64,000 nucleotides of DNA from contig DF237413.1 of NCBI GenBank assembly GCA_000708835.1, positions 10,927 through 74,926 of the forward strand, read 5' to 3'. The translations under genes and the position numbers were made by a program. Below the pieces are notes generated by a model that saw only the letters and a program-made list of their open reading frames with translations, made no database searches and had not been told where the DNA came from. Shown one piece after another: positions 58,251 to 64,000 of this stretch; position 1 is the first letter of the stretch; each line of letters starts with the position of its first letter. Source of the DNA: Klebsormidium nitens (lineage: Eukaryota > Plantae > Klebsormidiophyceae).

Positions 58251-61200
58251 ATGGGGATGATGGCGGTGATTGCAAGGGTTGTTGCGTTTGTGCTCGTTGG
58301 GCTGCTGGCCCATGCGATTAGCGTGGTGGGCGTCACCCTCAGCGTGACCAACACCAACCCGCTAGCGCCCGCTGCCCCCCTCCTTGTGGCCTGGCAGGAC
58401 CTGCCGCAGCCATCTCCCCAGGACTGGATTGGCGTCTACTCCCCCGCTGCTTCCCCTGACTCCCATTGGATTGGCTGGCTGAACCTCACCAGCGCCAGTG
58501 ACAGCTGGCACACGGGCAGCGGCACCCTCAACATCACCATGCGGGACTTGCGTTCTGATCTCCAATTCCGCCTCTTCAAAGCGCCCCCCGATGCACCTCC
58601 CCCCGCAGAACCCCACACGTTGCCCGTTCCTTTGAGCTCGCCCGAAGCTGTGAGTGGCGTGGTGACTTTCGCAGGTGCTGGGCGGCCGCAGCAGCTGCAT
58701 CTGGCCCTGACATCAGCCGCGTCAGAGATGCGCATCATGTGGACCACCGCTGCGCTGTGGCCGGGCAGCGAGGTGCAGTATGGGCGCAGCAGCCACATGC
58801 TAACAGAGCGGGCGCCGGCGCAGTGGGCCACCTACAGCCAGGACCAGATGTGCGAGGCCCCCGCCAACACAACGCAGGGCTGGCGCGACCCGGGCTACAT
58901 CTATGACGCAGTCATGACACACCTCAGCGGAGGGACTACCTACTTCTACCGAGTGAGGCAGATCAGCATTTGCAGGGCCTTGGTTGAGCGCTGCGGAGTT
59001 GAAACGGATTGTCAATAACGAGCTTGTTGTGATTCCCGGCTTTCTTTTTGATCTCCAGCTTTCATCAGGAATGAAGTTTTTCAAGCATATTATGTGATCA
59101 TCAATACCGTTGTCAACAACATCCGATTACACACAGAGGCGTCAATCTTGATTGCCAGCTCCTTGAATCGAGTTTCTTGAAAGGAGACACTCACTCAATT
59201 AAGGTTTTCCTTTGTATCTCCGCTGTGAGAGGAGCACTGGCTGTGGAAGCAGTCCAACATGCCACAGCAGCTTGGAATTCCAAGCTGATATCCTCTCAGC
59301 ATAGATACGGTGGGACATTTTGGGTGATAGGTTCCTTCATGTTGTGCAGGTTGGCAGCGTTGCGGGTGGCTGGAGCGAGGTGTTCCACTTTGTGACCCAG
59401 CCGGAGGAGCCGGCCGAGACGTACGCGCTGGTGTACGGCGACATGGGCGTGGACGCACCCTACGACAGCTACGACCGCCTGCAGCCGGAGGCGGCCACCA
59501 CGCTGCGCCTGCTGCAGCGGGACATTGAGGCGCTGGGGGACAGGCCGCTCGTGGTCAGCCACATCGGGGACATCACGTACGCGCGAGGGTGAGCGCTGTT
59601 GCGCAACGTGGGTGAATAGGATGCGGGAATACCTTGTTTGTAATGTATGTGATCTGGACAAGCTCGAAAGCTTCTAAAATCCATGGGCACCGCCGGGTCT
59701 TTCTGACAACAATCAAACATACAGAACAAAAGCTTCGCGGATGCTGCAGCTGCCAAACTTGGGAAAGGGCAATGCATTGGCACGGTAACGAGCAACATAG
59801 GTTCTGAGATTTCCAGATATTTCTGATGGTCTGCTTCGAAGGTTGCTCTTTGCTTTTGTCAGGAAGTTGCCTGCATCATCACTGTAATTGATCTACCATG
59901 CTTGGACCCCGGCTCAGCTGTGATTGTTTGAGTCTACAAACTTTCTCTTTGGTATGCAACAGCCTATGCGGCCTGTGACAGGCTGCTTGCTCACCATGTT
60001 CGTGCAGGCATGCGTGGCTGTGGGACGAGTTCATGGCGGCCATTGAGCCCGTGGCCCGCCACGTGCCCTACCACGTGGCCATTGGCAACCACGAGTACAA
60101 TTGGCCCGCCCAGCCCTTCAACCCAGGTGAGCCACAGCGCCATCCCCCTTAACGCTGTGCGGAAGCGCTGTCCTGCCAGGATTGCGGCAGTGAGGGCGAC
60201 ACATCGATCTTCTCTCGCGTTCTGAAAGCTCCCCCGGCCCCTTCGGGAATGGCAGCTGGAATCGTCCTCACAAAGACCCGTGCCTGCTGTGAAATGACCG
60301 GCTTTGTCAAAAGCTGCCTAGGTCGTGCTGGCGGCTGCATCGTGCGTTTGTGACTATCCCATAGGTTGTATAACTGTCGAAGGTTCCGGTTCGTCCATGG
60401 TCTCACGTCATCACGTCATCGCCTGATCAAGTCAGCGTGGCTCTCTGCTTGCTGCTCCACTGCATGTCTGAATACTGCTTATGTGAGCAGGGACGGCTGC
60501 TGACAGTACACCATCTCGCTCAATCACCGTATGAGTGTCGAGACCCTTCAGCATGGTCGAAGCCCATAGGAGCCGCCTTGATATCCTCTGTGTCCCTTTC
60601 ACAGAGTGGGCGCACTATGGGCACGACAGCGGCGGCGAGTGCGGCGTCCCATACAGCACGCGCTTCCACATGGCGGGGAGTGCCAGCGTCCCCACGGGCA
60701 CCGCGGCGCCAGCCACGCGCAACGTGTGGTACTCCGTCGACGTGGGCACCGTGCACTTCACCTACATCTCCACCGAGCACGACTTCACGCCGGGTGAGCA
60801 GGCTCGAAGAACACCCGCCACATACAGAAACCGTCGGCTTGAGTCTCCTGCGAGTTGGGAGGTTCGGTCGAGGGCCGTGCCAAATCTTGGGCGTGATCCT
60901 GCCTCGTCAATGAGGGCGGAGCAACATGCTTCTGTAAATCCTTGTCATCGACTCTTGCGCGTTGGTAACTCATCAAGCTTCCAAGATACATGCCCGCTGG
61001 CGGGCGCTGACTGATCCTTGCCGCGGCGGTGTGCAGGCAGCCCGCAGCTGACGTGGCTGGAGGCGGACCTGGCGGGGGTGGACCGGCAGCGCACGCCCTT
61101 CGTGGTGCTGTCGGGGCACCGGCCCATGTACACCAGGTGCGGGCGGGGCAGCACGTGGCAAGCGAGGCAAAGAACCTTCGTTGCAGTCTCGGCTTCCAAG

Positions 61201-62732
61201 TTTGACAGGGTGCAGGCTTTGAAGTCATAGTTGGTGCTGCACGCATACGACAGTGTGTATCTGTCGACTTTTGATGCGTAGCGAGTATGTTGTTCGGGAA
61301 GCGACGATTATATCGCCAATGTACTTCGGCGAGGCAGATTTGCTCTGCTTGCTCTCTTCCCGTGCCCCCTTGTATTCTCGGGCGGAGAACGCGGGCGGGA
61401 GCGTTCCCTGAGTCAGGCCTCGGCCGCCAGCAGCCGTCGGCGACTGGTGCAGTCAGCGGGCTGCAAGGAGGGTCGCCCCGCTCTCGTGCCTTTGATTGTG
61501 CCCCCCTGCCGGCTGGCCTGACATTCTGGTGCGTCAACTTGTCTGCAGCAACGACGAGGAGCGCGACCGCGGCAAGCGCGCGGCGCTGGTGGCGTACGTG
61601 GAGCCGCTGCTGGTGGCGCACCACGTGTCGCTGTGCCTGTGGGGCCACGTGCACAAGTTCGAGCGGACGTGCCCCCTCGCCAACCACACCTGCCACGCGT
61701 CGCAGCAGGGCACCGTGCCGCCACCTGTGCACGCAGTCGTAGGTGAGCGGGACTTACGGCAAAGCCGCCAGCTGACATAGGAGCGTGCGCGCGAAAATCA
61801 AGGCTTCGACCTGGGGTCATGTGTTCGAAAAACTTGATGCAAGCAGTCCCTGGCGATTGCTATCAACGTGCATCTGACATCATCGGCGAGATTCCTGGCA
61901 ACTACATGAAAGATAGTGCTTCCTGGTGCAAGCCCTTGCGCAGGGTGGCTCCGTGAAAGCGTCAGTTGCACCATTTTTGGCGGCCTGCACCCGGGCTCCT
62001 TTGGCCTAAATCGGACTCTCCGACTCGTCTGCGTGTTTGGCAGGCATGGCGGGGCAGGACTGGCAGCCGCCGTGGGCCCCGCTGTACGGCTTCATCTACC
62101 CCATCCCGGAGTGGTCGCTCTTCCGGCAGGACGGCTACGGCTACTGCCGCCTCCAGGCCGACCGCCACACGCTGACGCTCACCTACATCACCAGTGAGTG
62201 CCGTCGCCCGAGCACGGTTGACGGCTCGTATCCGCAGGAGGTAGTGATGCAAGTCGTCCTATCTGCGACATTGTGATCGTAGCGGGAAAGTGTCTGCGGC
62301 TGTGGGGCGGATGCTTATGAGCATGGAAGATAATTCGCAGTGAGGGCCTCGCTGCGGAGCAAGAGCTGCTGGCGATCTGCTTGCTGTGGCCAGACTAGTC
62401 ACCTTTTGCGGATGTGACCCGTTGCTATTCATGCAGATCACGACGGCCGTGCGCATGACTACGTGGAGATCTTGAGCCCCGCTGCATATCTTGCGGGCAA
62501 TGAGCAGCGGCCGCGGCCCATGCAGCTGTGGGCGGACGCGCCGGCCAGCACGCATGCGGCGGGGCAGTGGGTGGAGCACCTCGTGGTGGGAGCCAGCGTC
62601 AGCCTCGCGGCCGTGTTTGTGGTCGCATGGGTGGCGCATTGGCTCAGAAGGGCGAGAGGACAGCCGAAGGCTGCCAGCCCAGGCGAGGGAGCGTGGGACC
62701 AGGTTGCGACCACCGAGGAGGAAGTACCGTAA
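58251..62732 (+). CDS. Large purple acid phosphatase (AtPAP2/PAP9-like architecture: signal peptide, N-terminal extension, FN3-like domain, metallophosphoesterase, C-terminal TM)
   Basis: Signal peptide; DWIGVYSP; PQQLHLALT; [13 protein letters not shown]; [27 protein letters not shown] and WGHVH metal-ligand blocks; C-terminal hydrophobic [21 protein letters not shown] followed by LRRARG. Confidence 0.93.
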
Positions 62733-63330
62733 GAAGACGACCATGCTGCGCAAAGGGTTTTGGGGAACTGTACCTAGGTTGCCAGGTTGATCATTGTCGT
62801 CCATGTGATTGTTGCATCATGATTCAAAAGGCTGCTTATATGCCAAAGAAACGTTCCGTAAAATGTACATTAAGATTGATCCGCAGATGCTGACAATGAA
62901 GTTAGCCAGGAAAGAAAGCCAACACAACGCTCAATCGACTGATCAGGGTACTCAAGGGGAAAAATCGTAGCCACGGCGACGTAGCGAGTTCATTTTTGCT
63001 TAGTGGCTTTTAGTTGAGCGACAATATAGCAATATCTCTCTCGTACATGTACGTTGCTTGCAGACCTGCATGGAACCAGATGTTGAAACAACATGGCGAT
63101 CCCGGCCCTACTTAGTATTGAACTGGATTATAAGCTGCATGCCTTTTCCATAACAATGCACGAACACATACGGTATGCATGTCCAGCTAGATGCGTAAGT
63201 TGTGGTTATATACGAAGTTCCATGATATCTTCATATTGTTATTATCTGAAGCTTCATAGGCTCTCATGAGTTCCAAACTAATACTTTAACCTTCTAGAAG
63301 GTTTTAGAATTAGTTTGAAACTCATGCTAG

Positions 63331-63573
63331 GGCATCGTGTCAGAACACATGTGCAAGGGCGTCCGGAACTCCGAAAATCGGCCCTCGATGGGGGGGGGCT
63401 GGTGGCTGGTGGTGGCAACATCTCCCCAACATCTAGGGGCGAAATTACCCCTAGGTAAACTCGCGCATCCAAAGGGGAGGCCCGGGGGAGGGCCCGGGGG
63501 GCTGGTGCCAATGGTGGCCGGTTTTAAATTCGGAGTTCCGGACGCCCCTGCACACATGTTTTGACACGATGCC
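63331..63573. mobile_element. Tourist/PIF-Harbinger-like MITE (243 bp)
   Basis: 45-bp TIRs (ggcatcgtgtcagaacacatgtgcaagggcgtccggaactccgaa versus its partner ending at 63573, 4 mismatches). TAG flanks both ends (63328-63330, 63574-63576), giving a 3-bp TSD. G-rich interior. Confidence 0.75.
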
Positions 63574-63931
63574 TAGAGCTAGGTGGCCCAGCTCATGCAA
63601 TCATGATATGCAGTAATTCGTACTTCTAGTCAAATGCAAATAGATATCTATCATAGTGCCTATAGCTTCGCCTCGGCCGGGCCTCGTTTCTCCGGTTGGT
63701 CATCGAATGCACGCGGTCTTAAGATCCGGGAGATCCGGAGACATGCATGATCGGTGTTGTATGACTCTACATACAGCTTGCCATAAGCTACGTACCGCAT
63801 GATTGAGCTGCATGGCCGTACGATGGGCCATACACAGTTATAAATTAAGTTAAATTTCACTGATCCTCGCGGGCTTTTCAAAACTAGCTAAATAATGAAA
63901 ACCAAGTACAAGCCAAAGTTATTTTTCAAAA

Positions 63932-64000
63932 TAGGGTTTTAGAATTTAGGGTTTAAGGGTTTAAGGGTTTTAGGGTTTTAGGGTTCTAGGGTTTTAGGGT
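63932..64000 (+). repeat. Telomeric repeat array, mainly TTTTAGGG with variant units
   Basis: …tagggttttagaatttagggtttaagggtttaagggttttagggttttagggttctagggttttagggt to the window end. The G-rich strand points outward, as expected for a right chromosome end. Confidence 0.85.

Noticed and set aside
60785-61732. 315-aa minus-strand ORF (longest in the track)
   Set aside because: It lies antisense to PAP exons and introns and has no recognisable domain.
75-63881. Most ORFs in the supplied six-frame track
   Set aside because: They are antisense or off-frame shadows of GC-rich exons, exon-plus-intron read-throughs, or short random ORFs. The real genes are spliced and were rebuilt from splice sites.

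Overview
Eukaryotic, intron-rich (GT-AG) genomic DNA with GC-rich exons, ending in TTTTAGGG-type telomeric repeats. This pattern fits a streptophyte green alga such as Klebsormidium (inference, not verified). I assembled spliced gene models by hand from splice sites and reading-frame phase. Left to right: a partial unknown gene (-), a ~12 kb 16-exon acidic/coiled-coil/EF-hand gene with [ED]xTFxP repeats (-), an SRP54-M-like/SEC-C gene (-), ZFPL1 (+), two tandem PEBP genes (+), GSA/hemL (-), a VASt tail-anchored gene (-), a SEC14/CRAL-TRIO gene (+), an assembly gap, a third MFT-like PEBP gene (-), a large purple acid phosphatase (+), a MITE, and the telomere-like end. The most interesting signals are: (1) a telomere-proximal group of lipid-binding genes, with three PEBPs predicted to go to three compartments plus a head-to-head VASt/SEC14 pair; (2) a VASt + FFAT-like + tail-anchor protein that looks like a membrane-contact-site sterol carrier; (3) a PEBP with two of the three land-plant FT/TFL1/MFT intron positions; (4) a hidden in-frame 87-nt exon in PEBP-2; and (5) repeated partial 'echo' copies of exon junctions about 130-170 nt from the real exon, some with the GT donor specifically mutated. 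Exon boundaries are manual predictions without RNA evidence. No database searches were run.
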